64,000 nt of DNA, taken from assembly GCA_964589975.1 (NCBI GenBank), contig CAZPVH010000002.1:4217-68216 (forward strand). The letters run 5' to 3'. This DNA is from an uncultured Candidatus Saccharibacteria bacterium (GTDB lineage Bacteria > Patescibacteriota > Minisyncoccia > Phycocordibacterales > CSBR16-119). The notes below the pieces were generated by a model. It was not told the DNA's origin. It worked only from the letters and a program-made list of their open reading frames with translations, and searched no databases. Every line of letters begins with the position of its first letter. The first letter of the stretch is position 1. The position numbers were made by a program, and so were the translations under genes. Below, one piece after another: positions 8,950-18,442 of this stretch.

Positions 8950-10752
8950 TTACTCCCCGCCTCGCATCATTTTAAGAAATACCTCATGTGGAATATTAAC
9001 CTTGCCGCGTTCGGCCATCTTTTTCTTTCCTTTCTTCTGCTTCTCACGAAGCTTCATTTTTCGAGTAATATCGCCACCGTACATATGCTGAGTAACGTCT
9101 TTTCTAAAAGCTTTGAGTGTCTCTGAAGCCAGGATACGGCCAAGGGCTTTGCCTTGGATTTTAGCCACGAACATCTGACGCGGGAGACTAGCGTGAAGCT
9201 TCTGGACCGCCTTCTCGGCCTCTTCCTGAACCCGGCGACGGGAGACAACGCGGGAAAATGCCATAAGGGGCTCGTCAGCAACCAGGATATCCAGCCGAAC
9301 AACATCAGCTTGGCGATAAGCGCCAATTTCGTATGAGATGGAAGCATAACCGGAAGAAACGGATTTTAGATTATCGAAAAAGTTCCGCATCATTTCTCGG
9401 AGCGGCATTTCGACAGTAAGCGAAGCACGGTTGTCGCCGAAATTCTCTACGTCTTTTGCTTCGGCCTCGTGTTCGAAGAGGAGTGTCATGATTGGCCCCA
9501 GATAATCCGTCGGCGTAATGATTTTTACTTCCACCCATGGCTCCATGATTTCAGACACTTCCCCGTCATTTGGGAATGCGTGCGGCGAGTAGATCATTTC
9601 TTCTTTACCGCTTCCCTTGTACTTAACTTTGTACGTAATAGACGGCATGGTTACCACAAGCTGAAGATTAAATTCGCGCTTCAAGCGCTCAGAAATAATC
9701 TCAAGGTGAAGCATCCCCAGGAATCCGCAGCGAAAACCGCGGCCAAGCGCGCCGCTCGACTCTTCTTCATACGTAAACGAAGAGTCTGAGAGTTTTAATT
9801 TCCCAAGAGACGCGCGAAGCTCGTCAAAGTCATCCTGGCTTTCAGGATAAATAGACGCCCAAACGACCGGCTTCGGATTCATATATCCCGGAAGCGCAGG
9901 CAGCGGTTTCTTTTCGAGTGTTACAGTGTCGCCGACTGAAGCGATTCCCGGCTTCTTGATACCCGTGACAATGTAGCCAATCTCTCCGGCACCGATGGAA
10001 TCTTTCGGCTGCGGGTCAGGGCTAAATGTTCCAACTTCAAGCGCGATGAATTTTTCATTTGCTGTCGCGAATTTCAAAACATCGCCTTTTCTGACAGTGC
10101 CATCCATGACACGCACATAAACAATCACGCCTTTGTGGTTCGAATATTGAAAATCGAAGACGAGCGAACCAAAACTGCCAGAGTTTGGCGTCATTTCAGT
10201 CGGCGGCGGAACCTTTCGGACAATTTCTTCCAGAAGCTCAAGGACGCCTTCGCCCGTGCGACCAGATACCGTGAGAATATCTTCTTCAGAACACTCGAGC
10301 ACTTTTGCGACTTCAGCCTTTACCTCGGGAACGCGCGCGAGCGGCGAATCGATCTTTGAGAGAACCGGGATGAGCTTGAGTCCAAGCTTCTGGGCCATGT
10401 GAAGCGTTGTAAACGTCTGAGCCTGAACTCCCTGCGTCGAGTCAACGAGAATGATTGAACCCTCGACGGCCTTAAGCGCGCGAGAAACTTCGTAAGAGAA
10501 ATCGATATGACCCGGAGTATCGATGAGATTAAAAACATAGTCTACTCCCCCAACCTTGTGTGTCATTCTAACAGGCTGCATTTTTATAGTAATGCCGCGC
10601 TCGCGCTCAAGTTCCATATTGTCGAGCACCTGGTCTTGCATCTTTCGTTTTTCGATAGTATGGGTCAATTCCAAAAAACGGTCGGCCAAAGTCGACTTTC
10701 CATGGTCTATATGAGCGATAATGCTGAAATTCCGTATCCGGCTTAAATCCAT
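8950..10752 (-). CDS. lepA: elongation factor 4 (LepA)
   Basis: N-terminus reads IIAHIDHGKSTLADR...NLIDTPGHIDFSYEV, i.e. G1-G3 motifs with LepA-type order and the LepA C-terminal domain. The true start was chosen at MDLSRIRNF, since the ORF track extends 33 aa further upstream. Confidence 0.9.
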   Translation of the reverse strand: MDLSRIRNFSIIAHIDHGKSTLADRFLELTHTIEKRKMQDQVLDNMELERERGITIKMQPVRMTHKVGGVDYVFNLIDTPGHIDFSYEVSRALKAVEGSIILVDSTQGVQAQTFTTLHMAQKLGLKLIPVLSKIDSPLARVPEVKAEVAKVLECSEEDILTVSGRTGEGVLELLEEIVRKVPPPTEMTPNSGSFGSLVFDFQYSNHKGVIVYVRVMDGTVRKGDVLKFATANEKFIALEVGTFSPDPQPKDSIGAGEIGYIVTGIKKPGIASVGDTVTLEKKPLPALPGYMNPKPVVWASIYPESQDDFDELRASLGKLKLSDSSFTYEEESSGALGRGFRCGFLGMLHLEIISERLKREFNLQLVVTMPSITYKVKYKGSGKEEMIYSPHAFPNDGEVSEIMEPWVEVKIITPTDYLGPIMTLLFEHEAEAKDVENFGDNRASLTVEMPLREMMRNFFDNLKSVSSGYASISYEIGAYRQADVVRLDILVADEPLMAFSRVVSRRRVQEEAEKAVQKLHASLPRQMFVAKIQGKALGRILASETLKAFRKDVTQHMYGGDITRKMKLREKQKKGKKKMAERGKVNIPHEVFLKMMRGGE

Positions 10753-10792
10753 AATGGATATCTTAGCAGAAAAACTCGAAAAATAAAGCGAT

Positions 10793-11278
10793 TTGACAAA
10801 TTTGTCAATAGTAGATAAGATGCTGAAAAACAAACACGTGAAAAAGAACATCGTAGAAGTCCTCGCAACTTCACCATCTCGCCACTACTTATTCCGCTTC
10901 TGGATCCACCACTCGGAAAATACCGATGATCAGATGATGGAAAGGGCTTTTTATGAAAAGTGGTCGAAGGTCCACGAAGGAGACCATCACGAGATCCAAA
11001 TCCTGGAACCAGACTTAGGCGCGCACGAAGCTGGCAAAGTACACTACCACGTTTCGAAAAAAGAGAATGGCGGAAAATACATCTGCTGGACTGGGCCTTT
11101 GCCGAAACTCTCTCATGCCATGATCATCATCGAGAATTGGACCGGCGGCGCCGTCCATGCCATGGAAACCGGCATTGATTTCAAGGAGACTTTCAAGAGG
11201 TACGGCAGCGAAATCATGAAGATGAAGGAGGTGATGGAAAAGGAGCACGGGATCAAAGTTGAAGTGCTGAAGAGCTGA
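10793..11278 (+). CDS. hypothetical His-rich protein
   Basis: 161-aa ORF followed by a clean terminator. Several His pairs (HH, HYH) hint at metal binding. No family recognised. Confidence 0.45.
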   Translation: MTNLSIVDKMLKNKHVKKNIVEVLATSPSRHYLFRFWIHHSENTDDQMMERAFYEKWSKVHEGDHHEIQILEPDLGAHEAGKVHYHVSKKENGGKYICWTGPLPKLSHAMIIIENWTGGAVHAMETGIDFKETFKRYGSEIMKMKEVMEKEHGIKVEVLKS

Positions 11279-11282
11279 ACCA

Positions 11283-11315
11283 GGCCGGCGCGTATTCTTG
11301 CGCCGGCCTTTTCAT
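11283..11315 (+). terminator. rho-independent terminator
   Basis: GGCCGGCGC-GTATTCTTG-CGCCGGCC followed by TTTTCATTT. Confidence 0.7.
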
Positions 11316-11365
11316 TTCAAAAAATTTTCATTGCATGTAGCGTCACTAAGAAATATAATAAGAAC

Positions 11366-12820
11366 ATGGAACGGATCGAAGATATCTACGCGAACATGGG
11401 TCCGGATATCAAACCGGAGGACAAAGCTTGGATAAAAAAAGCTTACGAGTTTGCCATGAAGGCTCATGCCGGCCAAAAGCGAGCATCGGGCGAACCATAC
11501 TTCAATCACGTGCTGGAAGTTTCTAAAATCCTAGCCGACTTCGGCATGGATACTAGAACCATCATCGCCGGACTCCTCCATGACACTATAGAAGACACTT
11601 CCGTCACTGAAGAGGAAATTGAACGCGAGTTCGGCGAAGATGTTCTCTTTTTGGTTAATGGCGTTACCAAACTTGGTAAGGTCAAATACCGCGGCGAACA
11701 GCGTCATGTCGAATCTCTCCGGAAATTCTTTGTGGCCATGGCCGAGGATGCTCGCGTAATCATCATCAAGCTCGCTGACCGCCTACACAATGTCCGCACG
11801 CTAAAACATATCCCGCCAGAAAAATCGAAACGCATCGCGCTCGAGACCATAGAGATTCACGCGCCGATGGCAAACAGGCTCGGCATGTGGAGACTGAAAG
11901 GCGAGCTCGAGGATCTGGCCTTCCCCTACGCATTCCCGAAGGAATATTCGGAAGTTGTGGAAATGATCCAGAAGAAAACAACCACAGACCAGAACTCTCT
12001 CGACAACATATATAAAACTCTCTTGAATAGCATTAGCAATCAGGGCATAAAAGTTATCGAAGCGAGCTACCGCACAAAAGGGCTTTATAGTCTCTACAAA
12101 AAACTAAAGAAAAAAGACATGGACATAGATAAAATCTATGACATTGTCGCGCTCCGCGTCATTGTGCCAACCGTAGAAGAATGCTACAAAGTACTTGGTA
12201 TAATTCACGGACAATGGAAGCCAATTCCTGGCCGAATCAAAGATTTCATTGCTCTGCCAAAATCTAATGGCTACAAAAGCCTGCATACAACAATCCTGAC
12301 CGGCGAGGGCGGTGTCGCCGAGATCCAAATCAGAACGCCGGAAATGCATGAACAGGCCGAATACGGTATTGCCTCCTTCTTCGCCTACAAAGAGGGCTTC
12401 GACAAAAACCACAGACATGTGAGCTGGATTGAACAATTCAAAGAGCTTCAAAAGAATGTGGCCAACCCATCAGCCTTTCTTCAAAACTTGCGGATGGATT
12501 TCTTTTCTAAACGTATTTTCGTCTTCACTCCAAAGGGAGCAGTTATAGATTTGCCAGAAAATTCAAGCATTATAGACTTTGCCTACGCAGTTCACTCAGA
12601 CATCGGTAACCATGCAAGTGGCGCCAAGATAAATGGCAAATACTCAAAACTAGATACTGTTCTTCATAATGGAGACATCGTTTCGGTAGAAACTTCTGAA
12701 AAGGCTGTACCGAACAGTAAGTGGCTCGATGCGGCCAAAACAACTTTGGCACGCCGACACATCAAAAAATACTTGGATGAGAATAGTCTATTGAATAAAT
12801 TCATCCAGCGCTTTAGGTAA
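11366..12820 (+). CDS. rel: bifunctional (p)ppGpp synthetase/hydrolase, short form without C-terminal ACT/RRM domain
   Basis: HD hydrolase motifs (HD..ED), a RelA/SpoT synthetase core (ALRVIV..., YKSLHTT) and a TGS domain (RIFVFTPKGAVIDLP...GDIVSV). The 484-aa ORF ends right after TGS. Confidence 0.85.
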   Translation: MERIEDIYANMGPDIKPEDKAWIKKAYEFAMKAHAGQKRASGEPYFNHVLEVSKILADFGMDTRTIIAGLLHDTIEDTSVTEEEIEREFGEDVLFLVNGVTKLGKVKYRGEQRHVESLRKFFVAMAEDARVIIIKLADRLHNVRTLKHIPPEKSKRIALETIEIHAPMANRLGMWRLKGELEDLAFPYAFPKEYSEVVEMIQKKTTTDQNSLDNIYKTLLNSISNQGIKVIEASYRTKGLYSLYKKLKKKDMDIDKIYDIVALRVIVPTVEECYKVLGIIHGQWKPIPGRIKDFIALPKSNGYKSLHTTILTGEGGVAEIQIRTPEMHEQAEYGIASFFAYKEGFDKNHRHVSWIEQFKELQKNVANPSAFLQNLRMDFFSKRIFVFTPKGAVIDLPENSSIIDFAYAVHSDIGNHASGAKINGKYSKLDTVLHNGDIVSVETSEKAVPNSKWLDAAKTTLARRHIKKYLDENSLLNKFIQRFR

Positions 12821-12822
12821 TA

Positions 12823-13839
12823 TTACAGAGAGAAATTTGAGATGTTATATAGATCCGCTTCTTCTTCGGATTTTTTCTTTTCCTCGGCGGTTCGATCATC
12901 AAGCATTTCCGCATCATCTGGCATAGGGACAGTCTCAACGTCTTCAGATGGCAGTTCGGAAACAGGAGGCGCCGTTTCTAGGTGTCTTTGCATCAAATCC
13001 TTCCCTGGCTCATTTGACTGTAGGATTTTCAATAGGTCCTCCAAATCTTGCCTAGAGAAAAAGTCTATTGTGATTTTTCCACCGGACTCCTTGGTATCAA
13101 TATGTACTCGAGTGCCGAGAGATTCAGCAAGTTTCGTCTCCATTTCTTCTATCTCAGGATCGGGGAGTAAATCATGTTTTCTAACTTTCTCCTTTGCGAT
13201 ACCACGAGCAATTTTCTCTGCTTCACGAACAGTCATTTTCTTGTAAACAATCTCCTTGAATAGAACTGACTGCTCATCAGGTCTGTCGTTTAGCATAAGA
13301 AGGGGTCGAGTATGACCTTCTGTAATTTTTCCAGCGGAAAGTCCGTCGATTATTTCCTGTGGCATCTGAAGCATACGCAGACTGTTGGAAACATACTCTC
13401 TCGACTTTCCAACCTTGCGACCAATCTCCGCGTGAGAAAAACCGAATTCAGAAGCGAGACGAAGAAATGCTCTGGCTCGGTCTATAGGAGACAAATCTTC
13501 ACGCTGAAGATTTTCGATGATTGCGAGCTCGAGCTTCATCATCGGATTTTCTTCTTTTCTTATGACAGCCGGTACCTGAGTTAGTCCTGCCAATCGTGAT
13601 GCTCGAAGGCGTCGTTCTCCCGCGATAAGCTCGTACTTCACAGAGAATCCTCCGTCAGAATTTGGTTCTTCAATTCGGGAAACAACCAGAGGCTGAAGGA
13701 CGCCATATTGACGTATAGAGTCAGCCAAATCTTTCAGGCGAGCTTCATCAAAGTCGCGCCTAGGCTGATAGGGGTTTGGGACGATCTTACTTGTATCTAT
13801 AAAAAATATTGAATCTCCGGGTGTTTCGTTATATGGCAT
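12823..13839 (-). CDS. parB: ParB/Spo0J-family partition protein
   Basis: ParB N-terminal box (GERRLRASRLAGL...VPAVIR) and an HTH region (FSHAEIGRKVGKSREYVSNSLRML). Confidence 0.8.
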   Translation of the reverse strand: MPYNETPGDSIFFIDTSKIVPNPYQPRRDFDEARLKDLADSIRQYGVLQPLVVSRIEEPNSDGGFSVKYELIAGERRLRASRLAGLTQVPAVIRKEENPMMKLELAIIENLQREDLSPIDRARAFLRLASEFGFSHAEIGRKVGKSREYVSNSLRMLQMPQEIIDGLSAGKITEGHTRPLLMLNDRPDEQSVLFKEIVYKKMTVREAEKIARGIAKEKVRKHDLLPDPEIEEMETKLAESLGTRVHIDTKESGGKITIDFFSRQDLEDLLKILQSNEPGKDLMQRHLETAPPVSELPSEDVETVPMPDDAEMLDDRTAEEKKKSEEEADLYNISNFSL

Positions 13840-13933
13840 GAATGTATTTTAGCATACCCTCCTAGGCCTCAAGTTGTTTAAAAAATGTTGATAGTTGTAA
13901 TTAAATCTAGGTTAAAGTAAAATCTTGCTAATT

Positions 13934-13985
13934 GCCGAAGTGGCGCAAATTGACTACAGTGGTAGACATACGCGACTCATGGGAA
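13934..13985 (+). pseudogene. degenerate partial copy of the 5' half of tRNA-Leu(CAA)
   Basis: GCCGAAGTGGCGCAAATTGACTACAGTGGTAGACATACGCGACTCATGG aligns to the 5' half of the intact tRNA-Leu 30 nt downstream, with substitutions and a short insertion. Confidence 0.5.
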
Positions 13986-14015
13986 TTATTGGATAAAGGA
14001 TAGAATTAAAATATT

Positions 14016-14097
14016 GCCGGAGTGGCGGAATTGGTAGACGCGCACGACTCAAAATCGTGTCTCGCAAGGGGTGGAGGTTCGATTCCTCTCTCCGGCA
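14016..14097 (+). tRNA. tRNA-Leu (anticodon CAA), long variable arm, no encoded CCA
   Basis: GCCGGAGTGGCGGAATTGGTAGACGC G CACGA CTCAAAA TCGTG TCTCGCAAGGGGTG GAGGTTCGATTCCTCT CTCCGGC A. Confidence 0.85.
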
Positions 14098-14185
14098 CAA
14101 GTATAAAAATTCCCAGCTTTTTGCTGGGTTATTTTTATTGGTGCTGGATAAGAAATGCGCCTGCGCGCATTTCGTGAGGAATCGA

Positions 14186-14236
14186 AGGCCGGAGCCATAT
14201 TCGGAGCCTGCGAGGAATGGCGAGGCGGGGTCGCGG
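14186..14236 (+). repeat. tRNA-trailing repeat element, copy D (partial)
   Basis: AAGGCCGGAGC...GGCGAGGCGGGGTCGCGG shares the CCGGAGC and GCGAGGCGGGGTCGCGG blocks with the copies at 4246-4434 and 29591-29657. Confidence 0.6.
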
Positions 14237-14816
14237 CCTTGCGTAGCAAGAGCTGTGACCGAACTCTCTCCGGCACAATAACAAAGGGCGCATCCAGAGG
14301 ATGCGCCCTTGACTTGTTGGAGATGAACTCCTGTAACCTGTTGACCTGAGCGCGCGCTCAGGAGCTTTACGAGACCGAGGTCTCGAGTCGTGCCTGGACC
14401 ACAATCGTCACATGTTTGAGCCTCGCCCACAATCTGCAGAGAGTGGAGAGATCCCATTTCTGAAGTTAGGGTCCGAGACCTAACACTGGCTAGGTTACGC
14501 GAAGAACGATTCCGGTAAAGATATTACTCCTCCTTAAATCATTGTCAAGCAAAAGAAAGGGCCGTCCTTGCGGACGGCCCTCTAACCTCAGTAGCCAACC
14601 TCTACAGCCCTTCGTCCCTTTTTCAGGAATCGACAAACTGTCAGTTGGTGTCAGCTACAGAGCCTGTTCTGTGTTCCCGAACCAATCAGGATTCCTCGCC
14701 ATATATCACGTGAATTCAGACTTTGGATTCCGTCATGTATGTCCAGTACTTAACCGGAACAGCTTGGGTTAGATATTATTCATTGAGCCTAGACATGTCA
14801 AGACAAAAGAAATAGT

Positions 14817-15680
14817 ATGGTCAATATGCAAAAACCCCTTATTTATGTCGTCTGCGGCCCAACGGCAACAGGCAAGTCAGACTACGCGGTAAACCTAGCT
14901 CTCAAAGTTAATGGCGAGGTCATTTCAGCTGATTCCCGGCAAATTTACCGAGGAATGGATCTTGGGACCGGCAAAATTACCGAGGCGGAAATGAAAGGCG
15001 TTCCTCATCATCTTTTGGATATCAGAGACCCGGATGAGGATTTTTCCGTGGAGGAATTTCAGAAACTCGCGTTTGAAAAAATTGAAGAAATTTTATCACG
15101 TGGCCGGACGCCGATTATTTGTGGAGGAACAGGGTTCTTCATCCAGGCAATTGTCGATAACCCCGCCTTCCCTGTCGCGCCGGCGAATCCTGTGCTCCGA
15201 GCAGAACTTGAAACGAAAGACCTGTCAGAGCTCCAAGAAATTTTAAAAAGCATCCCCGCAGAAGACGGCGCAAAAGTCGACATAGAGAACAAACGCCGAG
15301 TCATCCGCGCCATCGAACTCGGCCGCGCGCTCGGGAAAATTCCAGCCATAAAATACGGTGAACAGAAATATGAGTTTGAAATGATAGGACTAGATTTCCC
15401 CGATGATGTTTTGAAACAAAGAATTGAAAAACGATTACTCGCGCGGCTAGAAGCTGGCATGATCAATGAGGTTAAAAAACTTCACGATGACGGCCTGTCT
15501 TGGCAGCGTCTGGAAAACTTCGGACTTGAATACCGCTACATCGCCGAATTCTTACAAAATATAATCACCGAGAAGGACCTGCCTGCCGATGAGGCATGGA
15601 TGATCGAAACTCTAAAACTCAAAATCTGGCAATACGCCAAGCGTCAGAGGACGTGGTTTAAACGAGATAAAAAGGATTAA
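14817..15680 (+). CDS. miaA: tRNA dimethylallyltransferase
   Basis: P-loop VCGPTATGKSD and DSRQIYRGMDLGTGK at the N-terminus. Length of 287 aa is typical of MiaA. Confidence 0.85.
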   Translation: MVNMQKPLIYVVCGPTATGKSDYAVNLALKVNGEVISADSRQIYRGMDLGTGKITEAEMKGVPHHLLDIRDPDEDFSVEEFQKLAFEKIEEILSRGRTPIICGGTGFFIQAIVDNPAFPVAPANPVLRAELETKDLSELQEILKSIPAEDGAKVDIENKRRVIRAIELGRALGKIPAIKYGEQKYEFEMIGLDFPDDVLKQRIEKRLLARLEAGMINEVKKLHDDGLSWQRLENFGLEYRYIAEFLQNIITEKDLPADEAWMIETLKLKIWQYAKRQRTWFKRDKKD

Positions 15681-15731
15681 ATGGAATCCATAATAAAAGG
15701 CGCCCGCTCGGAGCGCCTTTTATCCAAAATT

Positions 15732-16001
15732 TCAGTGGCAGCCGAGAAAATCTACTCGGTTATAGAAAACGACTTTCGAGATCTCATGATCGAGGAGTTT
15801 CGCCACGATCTCATAGGGATAGACTTCATGTCTCACACCATCGAATTCCACGTAGAGCCTGTCATTCTCTGACACAAGATCAAAGAAAGCGCCGGCCTTT
15901 ATCCGGAATCTCTCGTATTCGTGCCAATTCCAGCCAGCGCAACTATAGCCGATGAAAATCGCTACTTTCTCGGTCGCAAGACTTGTCTTCTTACTTGCCA
16001 T
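15732..16001 (-). CDS. hypothetical protein
   Basis: 89-aa ORF with a terminator-like hairpin downstream at 16040-16060. No family recognised. Confidence 0.35.
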   Translation of the reverse strand: MASKKTSLATEKVAIFIGYSCAGWNWHEYERFRIKAGAFFDLVSENDRLYVEFDGVRHEVYPYEIVAKLLDHEISKVVFYNRVDFLGCH

Positions 16002-16361
16002 GTTTTTTGGTTTTGTTTGTTTAAAGAACGAAAAATCCAGCCTTCTGGGCTGGTGATTTTCCTTATTCTTTATTAGTTAAAAAATTAACGAGAAGAAGCA
16101 CCAACCCACAAGTTGTTGGTGTCATGCCAGGCAAAATTATTGCTTCTTTGCTTCATGGCCCTAATATTTCATATTTAATAAAGTATGTCAAACACTCTTC
16201 TGCGGGACACCTCGGTCTTGTAAAACCTGGGCCTTACCCCATAAGGGTTTTTAGACTACTTTTAGTTTACCATTTTGAGGCATCTCGGAATAGCTACAAG
16301 CTTGACTTACTACATCTTTTATTTTATTATCCACAGGAACAGTTCACTAAAACCAGAAGAA

Positions 16362-16967
16362 ATGGACCTCCTCACACAGCAGGTACTGCAGGGGCTTGCA
16401 GGGGGATTATTCCTCCTGAACAAGATCTTCTTTTCCTTTTCTGAGCGTGCACTAAACCGAGGTAATAGCCCGAGAGCAAGGAGTTTTCGAATAGCTGCTT
16501 GGGTGGTTTATCTAGGTGGTTTACCGGCTTGGGTGATCATCTTTGTAAGCTTGCACGATTGGATAGCGGCGTCCGTTGAAGGAAGTGGATTGCCAGCCAT
16601 GATTCTTGGTCTAATCATGACATTAAAAGGGCGTGATCATAAGTCACCGCGCTGGCTCGACATCCTTGCCCTTGTTTGTGTCGTACTAGGCATCAGTTGT
16701 AGCCTGTACGATTTCGGTAGCTTCAGGCAGTTAAGCCAGTGGCTAGAAGCTGGGCTTGCTCTTGGATTCCTTATCGGTACGTATATGTTGGCGAAGCAAC
16801 GACGGGAAGGATATCTCTGGTATGTGTTCATGCACATATGCTGCGGATGGCTGATGTGGATCCAGGGTTACCCCTTACTTCTGGCACAACAACTACTTTC
16901 GCTTGTCTTCATTGCTGATGCCTATTACACAACGCGAAGAAGAATCCCCGTGACTGAAACGGCTTGA
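16362..16967 (+). CDS. integral membrane protein, hypothetical
   Basis: The ORF track begins at 16275. The first ATG with a plausible context is at 16362 (MDLLTQQ). There are about 6 TM helices. Confidence 0.4.
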   Translation: MDLLTQQVLQGLAGGLFLLNKIFFSFSERALNRGNSPRARSFRIAAWVVYLGGLPAWVIIFVSLHDWIAASVEGSGLPAMILGLIMTLKGRDHKSPRWLDILALVCVVLGISCSLYDFGSFRQLSQWLEAGLALGFLIGTYMLAKQRREGYLWYVFMHICCGWLMWIQGYPLLLAQQLLSLVFIADAYYTTRRRIPVTETA

Positions 16968-16980
16968 ACCTTTGGGAAGC

Positions 16981-17012
16981 TCCGACGAAAGTCGGGGCTT
17001 CTTTTTATTTAG
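16981..17012 (+). terminator. rho-independent terminator (variant of the recurrent GCCCCGAC hairpin)
   Basis: GAAGCTCCGAC-GAAA-GTCGGGGCTTC followed by TTTTTATTT. Confidence 0.65.
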
Positions 17013-17020
17013 AAAAACAA

Positions 17021-17485
17021 CTACGGCAAAACCAAAGTCTCTCCTTCTTTGCAGTATTTATTTACTTGATGACCATCAAACTCATAAAGAACGGTAGCCA
17101 TTTTTTGATATCCTATTAAAGGATCACCAGCGATATTGTTTGAAATGACTATTATGAGCTTGTCATCTTGAATGGCATTATTCAATTCGTTGGTTATATC
17201 AATAAGATGTAGGTCTCTACCATATGTCGCCTTCAAAATTTTTAGACGTCTTTTGTCTATTTTTATTTTATTAATAAATTTATATGTAAAGTACGAAATC
17301 AGAATGCTAAGTAACGCAGAAAAAATAGGAACCTTGACGTTTAATATATAGCTAGCTCCTCGCGCTAAATTATTAATATCTGAAATATCCATAGATCCGA
17401 CTAATCTTTCTACTACGGGAACGAGAAATAAGGCTAATATCCAAAACCACCACCGATCTTTAATTTTTAGGAAAAACTTCTGCAT
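17021..17485 (-). CDS. small membrane protein, hypothetical
   Basis: 154 aa with two N-terminal TM segments. AT-rich coding. Confidence 0.4.
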   Translation of the reverse strand: MQKFFLKIKDRWWFWILALFLVPVVERLVGSMDISDINNLARGASYILNVKVPIFSALLSILISYFTYKFINKIKIDKRRLKILKATYGRDLHLIDITNELNNAIQDDKLIIVISNNIAGDPLIGYQKMATVLYEFDGHQVNKYCKEGETLVLP

Positions 17486-17526
17486 ATATTTAAAAACCCT
17501 CTCGGAACCCAGAACCTGTCTCTAAG

Positions 17527-17600
17527 TGGCGGGCGATGGAGGAATCGAACCCCCACCAAAGGTTTTGGAGACCTTCGTTCTACCACTAAACTAATCGCCC
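17527..17600 (-). tRNA. tRNA-Trp (anticodon CCA), CCA encoded
   Basis: The reverse complement reads GGGCGATTAGTTTAGTGGTAGAAC G AAGGT CTCCAAA ACCTT TGGTG GGGGTTCGATTCCTCC ATCGCCC G CCA. Confidence 0.85.
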
Positions 17601-17807
17601 AACTGGCCCCGCCCATTACAGGCGAGGCCGCTAGCGAGAGACGGATTGCCTCTCGCCCAATTAAAATACAAAGAACCGATTAAGGATAGTATATTTACTA
17701 GCGAGAAGCAATGCAATGTTTACATTATATTGTTCGAGCGAAGTAAATATATAAGACGAGCGAAGCGAGTGCTTTTATAACATTCCCGAGAATAAGAAAA
17801 GCCTAGA

Positions 17808-18416
17808 TTAATCCTGCCTTTTAACTGTTCTGTTTTTCCGGAAAAGTATCATCCCCGTCATGAATGTATTTGAGATGATCATTACTATCGAGTGAAGCAT
17901 TGTCGCCACATTGTAAGCCTGAAGAGAAAATAGTATCAGAATATGACGTAGGACATTCATGCTGTATAGAAGTGGTGTTTCGGTATTTGGATGCGACCAG
18001 GTCTTTCTGAGGGTTGGAGTAAATGCGATGAGATCAATACTAACCGCAATGATGACTGAAATCGTCGGGTCTTTGGTCAGCACCCACGGGATAAGCCCGA
18101 GGAGCGCGATGATGAGAAATACTGTATCGATTTTTCGGATATTTTTAAAGCCATACCGAAGCGAGAAGAAAAATATAATTATGGTAAAAATCTCTGCCGC
18201 GGCTGTCGGTAGCGCACCAATTCCCGCCCCTTTTGCCACTTGGCCGAAGAATACGATACAAGAAACTATAGACCAAACGAGCCATGTGTATGGATGAGGT
18301 TTTACTCTTTTACGGATAATGTCTCGGAGGTAAGGAATATTGCCAATAATGGCGAGTACAGATGCGACGATAGCAATGGTCAATTTCATAAAGATAATTC
18401 TATCATCTAATCCCAT
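17808..18416 (-). CDS. integral membrane protein, hypothetical
   Basis: 202 aa with ~6 TM helices. No conserved catalytic motif recognised. Confidence 0.45.
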   Translation of the reverse strand: MGLDDRIIFMKLTIAIVASVLAIIGNIPYLRDIIRKRVKPHPYTWLVWSIVSCIVFFGQVAKGAGIGALPTAAAEIFTIIIFFFSLRYGFKNIRKIDTVFLIIALLGLIPWVLTKDPTISVIIAVSIDLIAFTPTLRKTWSHPNTETPLLYSMNVLRHILILFSLQAYNVATMLHSIVMIISNTFMTGMILFRKNRTVKRQD

Positions 18417-18442
18417 TTAATCATTTTTGATATAATTGGAAC

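Noticed and set aside
13954-14457. 167-aa minus-strand ORF spanning tRNA-Leu(CAA) and the hairpin region, plus the 14049-14404 ORFs
   Set aside because: They overlap a tRNA gene, translate GC hairpins (EESNLHPL-type tRNA antisense peptide), and have no start or RBS context.
14100-14810. RNase P RNA, tmRNA or SRP RNA in the ORF-free region
   Set aside because: I looked on both strands for the universally conserved P4/P10-12 RNase P sequences, for a tmRNA tRNA-like T-arm with a tag ORF ending Ala-Ala-stop, and for the SRP domain IV motif. None is present. Kept as an unknown structured region instead.
16124-16444. 106-aa plus-strand ORF upstream of the 16362 membrane protein gene
   Set aside because: It overlaps the promoter and terminator region of the divergent neighbours and has a Pro/Gly/His-rich composition without hydrophobic core periodicity. 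Likely non-coding.
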